A stretch of 62,675 bases of DNA, filler included, from Choristocarpus tenellus KU-1152 (taxonomy: Eukaryota > Protista > Phaeophyceae): NCBI GenBank assembly GCA_964200185.2. It is 13 parts of 13 records of this genome, joined end to end, with 100 filler letters (N's around TTAATTAATTAA, not from the genome) between each part and the next. Parts side by side here need not be neighbours in the genome. Positions count along the whole stretch, not along the records: positions 37,162 to 43,404 come from CAXNAD020008587.1; positions 43,505 to 47,478 come from CAXNAD020016842.1; positions 47,579 to 56,062 come from CAXNAD020004660.1; 10 more parts are not named here. One strand, written 5' to 3'. The translations under genes and the position numbers were made by a program. Under the pieces are notes generated by a model. It searched no databases, was not told where the DNA came from, and worked only from the letters and a program-made list of their open reading frames with translations. Within the stretch, counting starts at the first letter, position 1, and the number at the start of each line of letters is the position of its first letter. Below, piece by piece: positions 39,018 to 52,800 of this stretch.

Positions 39018-41234
39018 GACCAGAAATCGATGGTGGGTGACTGGAATGACCCTTGTTATAGTATCTACAGCTAGATGCTACAATAATCTGTGGTATACCT
39101 TCAATAGTCCACGAACTATTCACACGGTACCACCGAATGAACCGAAACCCTGTCGAAACATTTTGGATCTCTGTATCACAGGGACCAAGTCGCCGCAGGT
39201 TAGAATAAAACAACAGGAGTTGATAGTAGACGTTTCACATGTTCTTTTGATCTTCTCAGGGATGAAGTACGTGCAGTACTTTGGAAGAATGTGATTGATC
39301 AATCGATTGTTTTACACGTATTGATTCGATGCACAATGTTACATTGCTCGAATACTTGGCNNNNNNNNNNGTAAGAGCAGTATTATGAAAAACGTTGGGT
39401 TCTTTGTTTTCAAATATACCACAGTTTCCATTGGTTCATAGGAAGGCTTTTATGGCAATCTTTGGAGACTTTGTCGTTGAGATTTTTCCCCCTGCTTTGC
39501 CTTGAGTATGTTGGTTCTTGTCCTCCGAAATGACATCTCAAAACATCAGTGGACATTAAATAATGTAATAATGCAACATCTCAAAACGTCAGTCGACATG
39601 AAATAATGTGCAACTTGGACAATGACGCACTTCGCACATTTTTTCTGTCCACAGTCATCCATATATATTTTTTGGTGTTGGGGTTGCCATAGATACGTTG
39701 GTTTTAGACCCACTGTGTTTACTTCAAGTCTCTATACATTTGATTGCTACTCTCAATCTTGATAATTCGTTGCATTTTCGCGTGCCAGGCTTGGCCATCC
39801 TATTGTGTCATTTTGTGACCCAGATAAGTTTATTTCCACCTCAACCCAGACCGCATTCCATTCCCCCCGCAGTCCTTGGTTACATGCCAACGCCAGGATG
39901 TTGGATGCCCTGAGTGGCATCAAATTTGGAGACCTATGGCTTTGTTTTGTTTTATACTCCGCAGAATAGCATGGGGGAACAGTGATGTGGAAGCCTTGTT
40001 CTTCCCAGCAATGAGATGACAGTGTACTGTGTTATTGACTTGGTACATTCCATGTATTTAGCATGCAAATTTTGTTAGGTTGCAACGTTGCCCCCCAAGT
40101 AAGCATGCACCCTTTTTATTGTGTTCTCTGATTATTGTTGTAACAACGACGGGCACTTAAACTCCCTCATAGAATCAGGTTGCAATGCTGGCGAGAGGGT
40201 GACGTTATTGACATCTCGGTATCAGTCCTTCCACCGACTCTTGCTGCTTTTTTCATGTCAATTGTTGCACAGTGCATCTATCCTATGTTCCACGGAGTGG
40301 TGTCTTCCATGCATGGGTCCGCTGAGCTTTCATAGTTGGCCACAAGAGTATTTCCAACTGTTCTCAATGTTTTCATTGTTGCGGTTAGATCCATCTTTTT
40401 CCCAAGTGAGGCAAATGAGGCCCTTTCAAGCCCCCCCTTGCTCCCCTGTCTCGAGATGCACAACCAGCCTTTGTCGATAGCAGTAAGATAATAATATGTA
40501 ATGTATGGCTCATGTCAATTAACGGGTATGTGTCATTTCACGGGTTGTGCTACTTGCTGGTGTGGTCTGACATAGAACCAACTTAACTCATGGTGAATAT
40601 GACCCCATGCGTGACTGCCATGGATGGGAAGGGTGTGGTAGAATCCCCTTTTGCATGACCAAGAAGATATTGGCTGATTACTGGAGGGAGTGGGGATTGT
40701 CAGCCTTCCTTATAATGTACAGGTATATCTTCAAGGGACTATTGATTGTTCTCCATCACATCTCCTCCATATCGCTGATTGAAGTCATTGCTCATGCCGC
40801 CCTTCTTTGGCATGCTTGTATGTTTTGTTTTCCCATTGTATCAACTGATGCCTGTGGCGCAAAACCTTCTTCGTCAGATCTCTGGATTTCCTTCTTAGTA
40901 GAGCTCTCACCCTCAGAGCAAAACCTCTAGGCCCTATATTTTTGACGAGGACCAATTTGTTATCTACCGAGCAGAAACACCATGTGGTATAATCTCTTAC
41001 CACAAAAGAGGAAAATTTAAAAGTTGAGCCCTGTTGTTGCATTTTATCCATATGGTGTCAATCATCAAGTTATATCACTTGAGTGCTTATCTATACCCTG
41101 ACATTTAAGCACTTGCTGAAAAATTGCCATATGCTCTTGCCTTGCTTAACTTAGATCATATGTATGGGATTGTGTTAGGGTTAGGGTTTTATCTATTTTG
41201 CAACAGTTTACATTTATAAATCACCAGGGTCATA

Positions 41235-41352
41235 ACCAGGAAAGTGCACTTACATTATCCATCCAACGTATGCAAGCAAACCACCCAAAAATCGCGACAT
41301 GGAAAAATTGGCCCCAAATGGACAGCCACCCCCCCCTCAGATACATTGAGCC
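41235..41352 (-). mobile_element. MITE family A, truncated
   Basis: ccaggaaagtgcacttacattatcc...cccaaatggacagcc...cagatacattgagcc. Confidence 0.85.
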
Positions 41353-42530
41353 TCAACTCTTTGATTTCGGATTCAATGTATCAATTAGAACTGGTCAATT
41401 TCTTGGCAAATGCTATATTTAAAGAAACAGTTATACTGCACGATTCCTTGGTGCACACTGAGAGATAGTGATATCAGAACTATTGCTGGTGTAAGGGATC
41501 TTTATCATACACTAATGTAAAACGTCCTGGGGGCATCAACATAATCAGTGTGTTCAACTGTGGAAAGGAAATATCATCAAAATGAGTGGAAGGCTATAGA
41601 CTCTACTGTAGTGCTCTCAGATGAAGCAAGAGTCCAACTTTGAGCCACCATAGGAAATATTTCAGGTTTGTTCACTTTAGTCTTGGATATTGCCAACATG
41701 CATTTGTGCGGGAAAGCTTGTCAGAGAGCAAGTCCAGAGGATTATGGCACAGTGTATGAACACTAATCTACCAAGTCTTGACAATGCAAATGTAGATGTA
41801 CTGCATAACAAGCCATAGTTTCAGTTTCAGTTTGCAAACACGTAATATACCTTTTGAATGACAATGCCTAGACAAAAGCATACATGGGAGCCACAGATCA
41901 CCATCACATATCCTCCAGCCATAAAAAGGAACTTCCTCACAGAGCTGTTAAAATACAACAGGATTTTACCAGAACTATCAGCCACAACCGCATATTTCAC
42001 TGCCCCAGCAATTTGCAACACTTGAGTTGTTGGGTGACCATTGCTCAAAAGTCTTTCCCATGTACCCACAGGAGCTAGTAAATGGCAACAGAATATCAAA
42101 CATGACCATCCATCAGTTGCTAGAATTATGACCACAAAAACAAGCCTGTGAGTTGGAGAGGCAGGACAACTGCTTCTGTGGACCATTCCTTTACGAACAC
42201 CTATCTTTTCTCCAGAGTGTGACTCCCCCCTGTCCCCTGTCGCACATCTGTAAACAAAAAACCCGAACATGATTATCATGGCACCATAGGAGGGTTTGGA
42301 CTCAGTGGTCACACTTCCTCACACAAAAAGTGGGATCGATAAGTTGACCCTTGCTGTACCCCTAGAATGGGTACCTTTCCTTTTTTCCTATTTGTAGCTG
42401 TATCTTGCGGATGTGAAACTGTATTTTTGGTCGACAGATGGTTGGCACCATCCAGGTGGTTTCCTTGTATTAAGCTGCAAAGAATGCACAGGTTTAACTT
42501 TTCCTCTCCCCCTTGCAGTATGGCTCCTAT

Positions 42531-42662
42531 TTATGAGAGCTTGGCCTGCTGGTCACCACGTCTCCAGCGAGCCCCCAAGCTCACTATCCACTTCGCAAGG
42601 AAGAGAATAATCCCAGCAGAAAACCCCAATAGTCCCCCCAGTGCTACTGTCAATGGCCATGC
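42531..42662 (-). CDS. PIGF: PIG-F/GPI11 GPI-biosynthesis protein, last exon
   Basis: AWPLTVALGGLLGFSAG...QAKLS*; completes WQ|AWP with the upstream exon; tgcag| acceptor. Confidence 0.85.
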   Translation of the reverse strand, partial: AWPLTVALGGLLGFSAGIILFLAKWIVSLGARWRRGDQQAKLS

Positions 42663-43111
42663 CTGCACAAAACGCAATGGTAACAATTGGAGAGGGGTAG
42701 GCGTTAGCATGAGGGGATATACTGTAGCTCAATGAGGGCTTGAGGTATGAGTTATTCTATGTATGAGAGAATGCAGAGCATCATTAACAGTGTGTTATGG
42801 TTACAATACTTTAGTGCACTAAGTAGCTTATCATTGCAATTTATCAAGAAAAGTGTTGATAGACAACTGTCAGCACTGAAGCAGACAAACTATCCATACA
42901 ATTAGTCAGGTGCAGAGTTGACAGTAATGTGTGTGGCTAACTAGTTACTATGATATTAGAACAATGCATTCCTTCTCCCTTGCCTGTTGAGACTTAAACT
43001 TCCAATATCAGTATATATTGTTGGCTCAGATACCAATAGAAACATTCCCGTGCCTAATCAAGCCCCACAAAATGCCTTGCACCCGATATGGTTATAGCAC
43101 AAAGTACCAAC

Positions 43112-43220
43112 CTGCCAGGGTTCGTTCCAATCCAGAATCAGGGGCACTGCACCCAACCAGGCCCCCACAGCACAACCCATAGCAGGGACAGAGGAGGCTG
43201 GATTCCTTATCAGAGGTCTG
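43112..43220 (-). CDS. PIGF: PIG-F/GPI11 GPI-biosynthesis protein, penultimate exon
   Basis: GCAVGAWLGAVPLILDWNEPWQ matches the GAW.GA.P.PLDW..PWQ signature; |gttggt donor. Confidence 0.88.
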
Positions 43221-46200
43221 CTGGGTAAAAAAAGCAAGGACAAGGACTGTAGTTTTCTGTGTTCACACCACACCACATTTATGGATACAGCTAATTGCAT
43301 AGTAGAGACAATCTCACTACCTTCATATTGAGGAAAAATGTAAATATCCCCAACTCCTTTGCACGCATTTGAAGGCCATATAGGGTCAAAGTATCTGGGG
43401 GGGGNNNNNNNNNNNNNNNNNNNNNNNNNNNNNNNNNNNNNNNNNNNNTTAATTAATTAANNNNNNNNNNNNNNNNNNNNNNNNNNNNNNNNNNNNNNNN
43501 NNNNGAGGGCATAATAATATATAATATATATACATGTCGTTATTAGCCCTAAAGAAATATCCTAAACATAAGAACACTATAAAACATTGTGTGGAAACCA
43601 CTAATCAGTTACTTCACCTCTATCAAATATTGTACTACTGTCTTCCTTATCTTCCCATTGTAAGTTTTTACCTTTTTTATTATTCTTTAACTCCATTTCT
43701 TCTAGTATTTTATTATTATGCCCTCTGACATTTTGCATTATTTTTATTATTATAGTACTACAATAAAATTTTATGCGTACCGTTTGTTTTTCTTCACACG
43801 ATTTACACACACCTCGAAGTTTCCACCTCAATCTTGATCCAGCGTTTTTGTGGTATAGGAGCAGACAGGATCAGGGAAGATTCAGGTGAACAAATCCGTT
43901 TACTTACCAGATAGATGGAATTAGATTATGGAAAGCAGATTTCTGACTACCTCTCTACCTTTTGATGACTGATCCTTGCACCTCGGACTAACGTGACGAA
44001 TACAAAAAATACATATTAGAGAACCAATAACACAACTCCACCGAAGAATTTAGATATTCTACGTGTGAGGTCGTCCTTCATACCTACGTAACATAAGCCA
44101 GATAGGGTTTTCGTCATAGTTCACACCTATATATTTCAGTAGCGCGAGCAGGAGACTTTCTCCGCGTGTACGTTGCATCATACACTATAAATAAGCAAAA
44201 AAAAACACGACTCTCTCCACACTATTTGAACCATACAAAAAAAAATCTCTGTACTTACTATAGCACAAACTAAAATACGGCATACATCCTTCCATAAATA
44301 TTTAACTTGGAGTGAATGAATGAAGAAGAGGAAGAAGCCATGAATAACGCTGTCTCTACAAGATTTATTTAAAGTTCGAACTGTATGTTTACACTTCCAA
44401 TTGTGTGTGTGATATGGTTCGTTTATGGGTTGGTGAGTGTGTTGCACTAATCAAAGCTCTGTTCCGCGTTCGAGTAATAGCTGCGTTCTATTTTCTAGTC
44501 ACAGTAGCCCACAACCGTTTAACCACTATAAAGTCATGCTCCATCGTGAACCTCACTTGTGACACCTGACTTATGATTCTTAACGCAACAATAAGAGAGT
44601 GTGTGATTGCTCTCATCTGTCAGTGCATTTATCTGGCAACACACGCCTTTCCTTTCCATCTGTGCCTTGAGTTATCAATGAACAATCAATAAGTGCCATG
44701 GGGAGTTATCACCTGTCAGTCATTGAGATGTCCTGTGTACATGATACAACAACATGGCAATATTGATGTACACATTGTGTTATGGTGGTGTCATGTCTGG
44801 AATACAAGCATATAACAGCCGATTTCAAAAAATTGAGGATGGAGCTTTTCATTGAGGATGGGCTTGACCCAAAATTGACTGGGATAAAGTGTAGATACGT
44901 TTTTTGTTTTAAATGCTGTTATATGTCTCAGTCTGTGGTATACAAAACTGTACCACTATTATTGAGATAAGGTTTAATATTCAAGACTTGAGCTCACCTT
45001 AGTAAGCAGCTAAGTCTGCCTCATGATTAGCATTTTTTTCTGGGCCAAGGGTCGCCCACTGCACTGCCCGTTGGCCCCAAATATGATACCGCGCAAAGTT
45101 GTGCAGGTCATCCGTTTCATGAATGCGCTCCTCCTGCAACATTTCACCTCCAAGTAACGTATATGCCCAAACTTCTCAAAGTAGGTTCGTGAGACAGGGT
45201 TGAGTTCATGCGTTCTCTCTCAGTCACAGTAGTAAAGATATCGTGCGGGGGCATGAATGTGACAATCGAACAGATCATTCTACGTCCCAGAGGGAATATG
45301 GTGGGGTTAAGGTGGTCTGCCTACTCGGGAAGAAGCTTGGGATAATGTAAGAGTATGTATACCCTTGCAAGAAATATTAAATGAAGACCACACCATCAAT
45401 CGAAACACGCCCAAGAACAGTTGATGCGCTCGGCTGTGTTGCGCACACCATGGAGATATTTCTCTTCATGATTGAGCATCTGTTCCACAAGGCCAACAAT
45501 GTTGAAGTGCAGAAATCCGACAACAGAGTACCCTGTGGGTGTCATTATACTCCTCAATGCTTCCCTGTGTCCATAAAGCGCAACAAGGCGGAACTTGGAG
45601 TCATTATGACTTTGAGCTCTTGCATAATTAATATCTACATGCAAAAAGCATAAGAGACGTCAGACTTATGCATGCTTACAATCGCATATACCGGTCTTGT
45701 TGTAATGTTAAGGGAGTATGTAAACCGTGATTTGAATAGCATGCTATCTTCTTTCCTAGCACAGGTGGTATTGTCTGCTTATGTTTCTGTGCAATTAGAG
45801 CATTTCACGCAACTGCCCCCTTGAACAAAGTGTTCAAATCGTTGGATTCCTTGAAAGTGGTAGTGAACGTCTTACAGCAACAGATTCAACCTCAATATAT
45901 TCACTGCCAAAAGCGGCGATCATGCCATTGGGCTATTATCATTTGGATGCTGTCCTCTGGGCAAGTGCCTAAAACAAATTGCTTCTTACCGTTTTGACCA
46001 GGTAGCGACCAGAATCTAGCCTAATCTTGCCGAAGCACATCACCCAACCTAGCGTTAGGATCAACAAAACTTGTCAAAGCACCTTGATCAGTAACATTTT
46101 CGGTCCGTCTCGCCACGGTCTATTCTAACCCTGCCCAACCCTGTCCAGTATTTGGGCGGAGCATAGCCAACTTGCACAGTAGGTGCAGGAATCGGATGCG

Positions 46201-46522
46201 AAGACTGTATTATCCTGGTGGGTGGGCTGGATGCACGCGTAGCCAGAACTTCATACGTTACGCACATCGATGCAGGGCTACCATGTTAGGTCTAACGGGG
46301 AGGGGTGACGTGTCTGGTGAATGTGTCCAAGAGGTCGGAGGGGATGAATGATACTGAAAATGAGAACAGTTACCAAGCATTTTGTGAATATTTCCAACTT
46401 CAGAACAACATCTGTCGATATCTATCAAATTTTGTACAAAATTCATGAAGTGGACCAAGAGTTTTTTTAAGAACTGGAAAAAGACAATTTATCTCTGAGC
46501 GGTCATACTTTCGGAAAGGTGA

Positions 46523-46707
46523 GGCTCAAAGTATCTGGGGGGGGTGGCGGCTGTCCATTATTTGGGGCCAATTTTTTCATGTCTCGATTTTTGGGTGATT
46601 TGGTTCCATACGTTGGATGGATAATGAAAGTGCACTTTTCCTGGTTTTGGTCCAAATGGACACTCACTCTGGTGTAGACACCCCCCCTCCCCCAGATATT
46701 TTGTGGT
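46523..46707 (+). mobile_element. MITE family A, full length
   Basis: ggctcaaagtatctgggg...cccagatattttgtggt. Confidence 0.88.
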
Positions 46708-46711
46708 CAAA

Positions 46712-46870
46712 TGTCAATATCTATGTTTCGGACACACCTTTTCACAACGTGTACATTTTACCTACTCGGAAACATTTCGGAGTAGGAAAATGTCATAAAA
46801 TAAACATGGGAAGCCAAGCCCCAAATGGACAAACAGGGCAAATCTCGTACCCTCTAAGATACTTTCACTC
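46712..46870 (-). mobile_element. MITE family B, truncated, abutting the A copy
   Basis: tgtcaatatctatgtttcggacacacc...gtaccctctaagatactttcactc. Confidence 0.88.
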
Positions 46871-47170
46871 ACTCTTTTTATCAATGAACTTCTTCATCTT
46901 CCCGTACTAAGACTGAAAAAACCCTGAAATAACTCAAAATGGGCAAAACACAACACCCCTCTTGCTTACTTTTACTCTTTAGTCTGGGGAATGTCCTAAA
47001 GTTTCGTCAGAGGCACTACACACTGCTCTCCTTCCAAAACTACTGTAACATACGAACTGTTTGCTCCACAACTAGTTGCACTGACGACTCTGTTCGTGCT
47101 TTGCTCCATGCAAGTTGAGCTCAGTCATCCCATCAGCCGTTGTTTTGCCTCCTCCCTCGAACCTTTTGCT

Positions 47171-47425
47171 GGACACCTCCTGGCCCAGTATTGCCTTGCA
47201 AAAGGAAGCCTTGCCACCTTGTTCTTGGTCCAGCGTTTTTGTGGTGCGATGACAGGATAGTAAAAGTGTACGGATAGTGAAGGTGTACAGGACACCTCCT
47301 GGCCCAGTATTGCCTTGAAAAAAAGGAAGCCTTGCCACCTTGTTCTTGGTCCAGCGTTATTGTGGTGCGATGACAAGATAGTAAAGGTGTACGGATAGTA
47401 ATGGTGTACGGATAGTGAAGGTACA
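47171..47425. repeat. Tandem duplication of a ~120-bp unit with ggtgtacggatagt subrepeats
   Basis: ggacacctcctggcccagtattgccttg... at 47171 and 47290. Confidence 0.9.
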
Positions 47426-47578
47426 CAGTCCGTAGTATTTGCAACAAACACTTTGTCCCAAAGTATCTGGGAGGGGGTNNNNNNNNNNNNNNNNNNNNNN
47501 NNNNNNNNNNNNNNNNNNNNNNTTAATTAATTAANNNNNNNNNNNNNNNNNNNNNNNNNNNNNNNNNNNNNNNNNNNN

Positions 47579-47621
47579 CCCCCAAATGGACGCAGCTCTA
47601 CCCTCTAAGATACTTTGGCTC
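47579..47621 (+). mobile_element. MITE family B, right end at contig start; an A-type end lies at 47455-47478
   Basis: cccaaatggacgcagctctaccctctaagatactttggctc. Confidence 0.85.
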
Positions 47622-48599
47622 ATATGGCACAGAGGTAGTATATTATTTTGCCCTCAGACCATTTGCAGATGTGTCAGGGGAAAAAACAATGAAAACCATT
47701 CAAATGTCAGTATAACCCTTAAAAGGTAACAGTTGTCGTAAATACGAGAGACATTAATTTATTTTACGACCAGTTATGCTACACCACTGCCCTCCAGTTC
47801 CTCCACCCTAGTTTAGTCCTGCACCCAAGGGTGAGGGGATCTAGGGAAGCTTCCCAAGAATCTAAATTATTACTATTATAGTAGTATCATTATTATTGTT
47901 GTCAATTTTTTTATCGTGTCATTCTGTGACGGTTTGGTTCACTCACTCAGAAAGTGGTGAAGAGAATCACAAAGCAAGACAGATCAGACTGATCAAGACA
48001 AACCGTAACCAAGAGGACGAACTCGAAAGGTTGGTTGGACAAACGTAAGAATGTAGAGCGGACAGGATCTCATGCACGCATGGATAATCAGAATGACAGG
48101 ACTTGAAGCCAAAAGGAATCCTCAGCTCTTGGTACCTCTAATTGAATGGAAGTTCACTACCTTTGGGACTACTAATCTCTTCAGGAGATTCCATGCCTCA
48201 TTATGACGGAAGATCCTCCCCCGGAATCCAGGATTCCTGACAACCCTACTTTCCACATTGTTACCATCATCATTGCAAGGACCCACAGGGTCCTCCCTGA
48301 CCACTTCTCGCAAACATACGAACGCCAAGCAGAGCCTTTGAGTCTGGGGTATTCGAGATGATGAAAGATAGAAAAAACCCTGATGTGTTCATCGGAAAAT
48401 ATATCTAATGTGTTCAGTTAGAAAATAACAACATGGATTTCAGAACAAAAGCGTAATTTCTTTCTTGTACGTTATAAATTAATATGTCGAACATAAACCC
48501 AAACTAGCCCTCGTTGTATGTCTTCCGTTACTGAACTACTCCACCATGTGTCCTAATTCAAGAGATTTTCTTCTACATCTATATGTTTCACAAAGAGGT

Positions 48600-49850
48600 C
48601 AAGCTCTGAAATATTAATCCCTGTCTTGCCATTTCTTCGATAGGCCACGGGTCATAACTCTCTTCCCTCTTCAAGATGTATATCACACACACGCATCTCC
48701 TTTGGCACACATCTACCCCTATCATACAGAAAAGGAGTCCAAGCACTCAAATGTCCACCCTTGTCCTGCCTTTTCCTATCTTTCGCAGATGCCACTCAAC
48801 TCTTCTCCGAAACCCTTTGTTTGCCTCCTCTGTAAAGTAAGACTTCCTATACTGTCCATCCCTCGCATTTCCCTATTCCGGGAGAATTCCCATTTTACTT
48901 TCCTCGCTACAATATGAAAGATCCTATCTGTCCTTCCTTCTAAAGGCTTTCTCCACTTGATACAATCTCTTGCACATTCTTTGCTATCATTACCAAAAGT
49001 GCAAGTCTCTGTCTTCAAAGCTGACACGGTCTAACATAAGGATTGGGTCATCTTCACGATCACTGTCATCATCCTAGCCAAACCTCTCAGAGTCTTCGAC
49101 GCAATTTCCCACATCATCAGCCAAAACATACCCCTTAAGTGCTGTTCACTCCCTGGTACTCCTCCTCTGATCTGGTAGTTTGTGGTCACTCTGTTGATGA
49201 CACCACCAATGTCCTCGGAGATGGTGGAGTTAGAGATGAACTCCTTAACTACCACACTTAGCACGGCAGTGTACAAGAGGTCAAGGAGAACATATCCCCG
49301 AACTGAAGGCTCTGTCCAACTTCTAACCAGTCTGTGCGCTGGCCACCATCCATGCGAACACATACCCTCAATACAATTGTGGCAATGATGAATGAATGCA
49401 ATATATAATCTGTTGAGGTATGCCAAATTTGATCAGCACAACCAAAAACAGATCACCATCAATAGAGTCATATTCTCTCTGTAGATTTGTATAAAACATG
49501 AATGAGCGCACACGCTTCTAGCAGTCAAGATGTTGGAGGGTATGCATAGTGGATATCATGCCCACTATGTAGCGTCGAATCCTGAGGCCACGCCGCTCTT
49601 CGTGAAGGATCCAGGCAATTCCCCAACCGCCCCTCAACAACTTTCAGGAGGACTTCGCCAACATGTGCCACCAATGAGATACCCCTGTGGTTGCCACTAT
49701 CATTGTGGTCCTTCTTCGTGTAGAACAAAGTGAGGACCGCATCTTTCCAGATCTGTGGCAAAATTTCATACTTCCACACAATAAACAGATTCTTATGGAA
49801 ACCTTGGAGGATACCCCCGTCCTCTTGCAGGTCAAGCTTATTTAGGGAGG
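48600..49850 (-). mobile_element. RTE-clade LINE reverse-transcriptase relic
   Basis: PQIWKDAVL..KKDHNDSGNHRGISLVAHVGEVLLKVV, NLQREYDSID, TAVLSVVVKEF, GLARMMTVIV, ALKTET; many frameshifts. Confidence 0.85.
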
Positions 49851-52800
49851 TCAGGTTAACTAGAAGATTGACGGGTCGTTTCCCATTTCCCATTCACGGT
49901 TCACCATAATTACCACAACAGACATTATTATGTTATTTTATTATTATGCCCTCTGTCATGGTGCAAATGTGTCAGGGAGTTAATACGGTATGCTTCAAAT
50001 ATTGTTCTGAACGATTTCTCGAACATTGGGGTTGTATTTTTATTTAGGAACAGTTAGTCGGTATTGCGCCAAAACTGTCAAATATTGTTCTACACGAATA
50101 TTTAGAATATTTGTTGGAGTATGATACCAAATAATATTGAATTTTCTATAAACACTTTCTGATCTATTACGTTTCCAGCAACAACTATGGTAGTCATGAA
50201 AAAACATTGAACTCCATTTACACATCAGGTAGAGCGGTAGGACTAAGTTGGGAAGTTGGTCGAACCACTCCCAACACCCTCCTTCTGAATGAACCCTTAC
50301 AAAACTAATCCAAACCCGAGATCGAATATATTTTGATATGCAAGATGTGATTGGTCTTGACAATAAAAAATGGATGGAGTTATGGTTGTTGTTTCTGGAT
50401 CCTTAAGTATTAGGTTTAGTATAATTCAGAATAAATCTGGAAATGTTGTAGCTTTGTCATAAAATGAAATAAAAGTATTCCAATAAAACATTGGTTTTTC
50501 ATTGGTTTTTCCTCTGACACATCTTGAAATGTTAGATGGCATTATAATAATACAATATAGACTATGAATAGGTTGTAGGTTGGTGGGTGGTGGGATGATG
50601 ATATTGGCAGTTAGTTCTATTACGAGAACTTTGCGAAGAGTATGTTAGGCAATGATTTGATTGGTTGTTGGAAGTGGGTCTAGTAGAACCTTTGTATTGG
50701 AAGTTCGAAAAGATTATCCGATAAATCGAAGTGGACGTTAGTATATCTTTTCCCTGTGGAAATATCTAGATTTCACACTGTATACACTTTAAGAAATATC
50801 CATTTTTTTGTTAGGTCAAATATTTTAGTGCATATTATTATGCTGTTAGACATTTTACAGATATGTGAGGGAGAAACAAAAACTAGTCTACAAGTAATAT
50901 TGTATATAAAAAGAGGAGTAGTTGTTTTTACTTTCACACCTCTGTAATTTTGTTTGGTTATGGTAGTATTTTGCTTCTTCATTGTTCCAGGATTACTCCA
51001 TTTTCAGATCTATATTCTATTAATGCTATATTTTATTATTATGCTTTTTGACATTTCCCAGATATAATCGTACCTTACCTAAAACGACGACCAGTTATAA
51101 AAACAGAACCTTTTTATTACGGGGGGATCTGGAATTTTCTGATGTTCTACGACACATCTACAAAATGTTAGAAGAGATTAGTTATATAGAGTAAGCTACA
51201 TATCTTCTCCACGGTACAAGAAGGTTCTGTTTACCGTCAAGAGTTAGACTCAAATTTTTCAAAATTTTACACCATACTAGCTATACCACCCATCAAACAA
51301 TAAACATTGAGGAACTACTAATTCTTACATTCGATCTCAAGAGGCTGGAATTTCCTACTACTCCAAAGTATTTTCCTACAACAATTCAACCTGCTACCTG
51401 TCGGACTAGTTCCGATTTATTGGTTTCTTTCGCCGAACCGTTTCTCATTTGCATGCAAGCAAATGCCGCACCTGTCTGAACGTTCTCAGAGTTGTTGAAG
51501 ATCTCTGGTGTGGTATGGATCCTATCCCTTTTCACCCTGCCTCAAGTCCTCAATGTGAACCTCATACCAACCCAACTGCGTTGACGACCCCCTCGAAGAT
51601 AAGCGGAGGAATTTCCTGGTGAGAGAGTGAAAGGTGTAAGACGGTCAGCGACGAGGTCCTTGCACTCAGGCACTTTACTCAACTTGAAGAGGTTTGTGAA
51701 GAAAGACGTGGATGAACCGAGGAAAGTTCGGTTCAGGATAGCCCTGGTTTTATTGGCATGGCTTGAGTATGGAAATATGCGATCATCACCTGTAAGAGGA
51801 ACTGTGTGTATATCTCCGCGGCTTAATTCATGCCACCAATGGATGAAAGGTTCTGGTCCGTCCACCAGTCCGATATCCCCACAGATTGGAAAGAACTGCA
51901 CTTGAAGTGGAGAATGATTATGAGGGTACACCATACTTAGCCTGATTTCTGATAAAATACTGCTCGTCGGTGGCTTCACGTAGGTTGGTTTCATATGATT
52001 TGGTCTACAGAAGGATTGACGAAGAGTTCGGTCATGTGTTTGAGCTGAGCCAACTGAATGTACTCGGAAGAGTTCACGTGATCGAGATCGCTTGGTAATT
52101 GGCGATAGTGTGCGAGTTTGTCGGCGTACTGACAACATCTGATAGGTCATGAATTGTCGCAAAGTCTAACTTGTTGAGCATGTGCTATTGTCGTTAAGAG
52201 AGAGATCTAATGTATGACAGGCTGTTCTCACAACGTTCTGCCCTTAGTGGCTAGCTTGTTGGGTTTGTGGAATTGTTACCCGCAACCAGATATTTCTTCG
52301 TGTTCTTACATTCGCAGGCTGCAATGAATGCGCGAGACTGTGATAACAGGGCACATGGGATGCCTTCGATCCCAAGTGCTTGCCCTTGCGTGTCGACTAC
52401 ATTCTCACTGGACGTAGTTCTTGATTCGTGCCAACTTCCATTATTTCCCTAGACGTCTCCTATGCCTTTATTCCACTTGGGTCTAATCAGGCGTCGTGCA
52501 GGCCAATCAGAAGACATTGCCTTTGGCTAAAGTGGACCCCTTACGAATTATTTCACTTTTCTCTGATTCCCTCTCTCAACAATCATCCTGTCGCCAAGGA
52601 TGATTTGCATATGAAACAATCTACTGGAGCGCTCTGTCCCAGTTTCGCTCTCCCTCAAAAGTAGTCTCCGTCATAGCCCCTTTTATATGATCAGGTGAAA
52701 TTCAAGATGAGCCCGAAGTAAGCTTGAGCTGGGTACAGCTCCAACATCTGAATGACCTGACTATCCCAAGTCCTCTCAAAACGTATCTGTATCTACTGGT

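Noticed and set aside
44990-46330. Possible decayed coding region (viral or TE)
   Set aside because: No identifiable motif in any frame examined
51542-52162. 206-aa ORF as a gene
   Set aside because: No recognisable motif or clear splice structure; cannot be supported without a search
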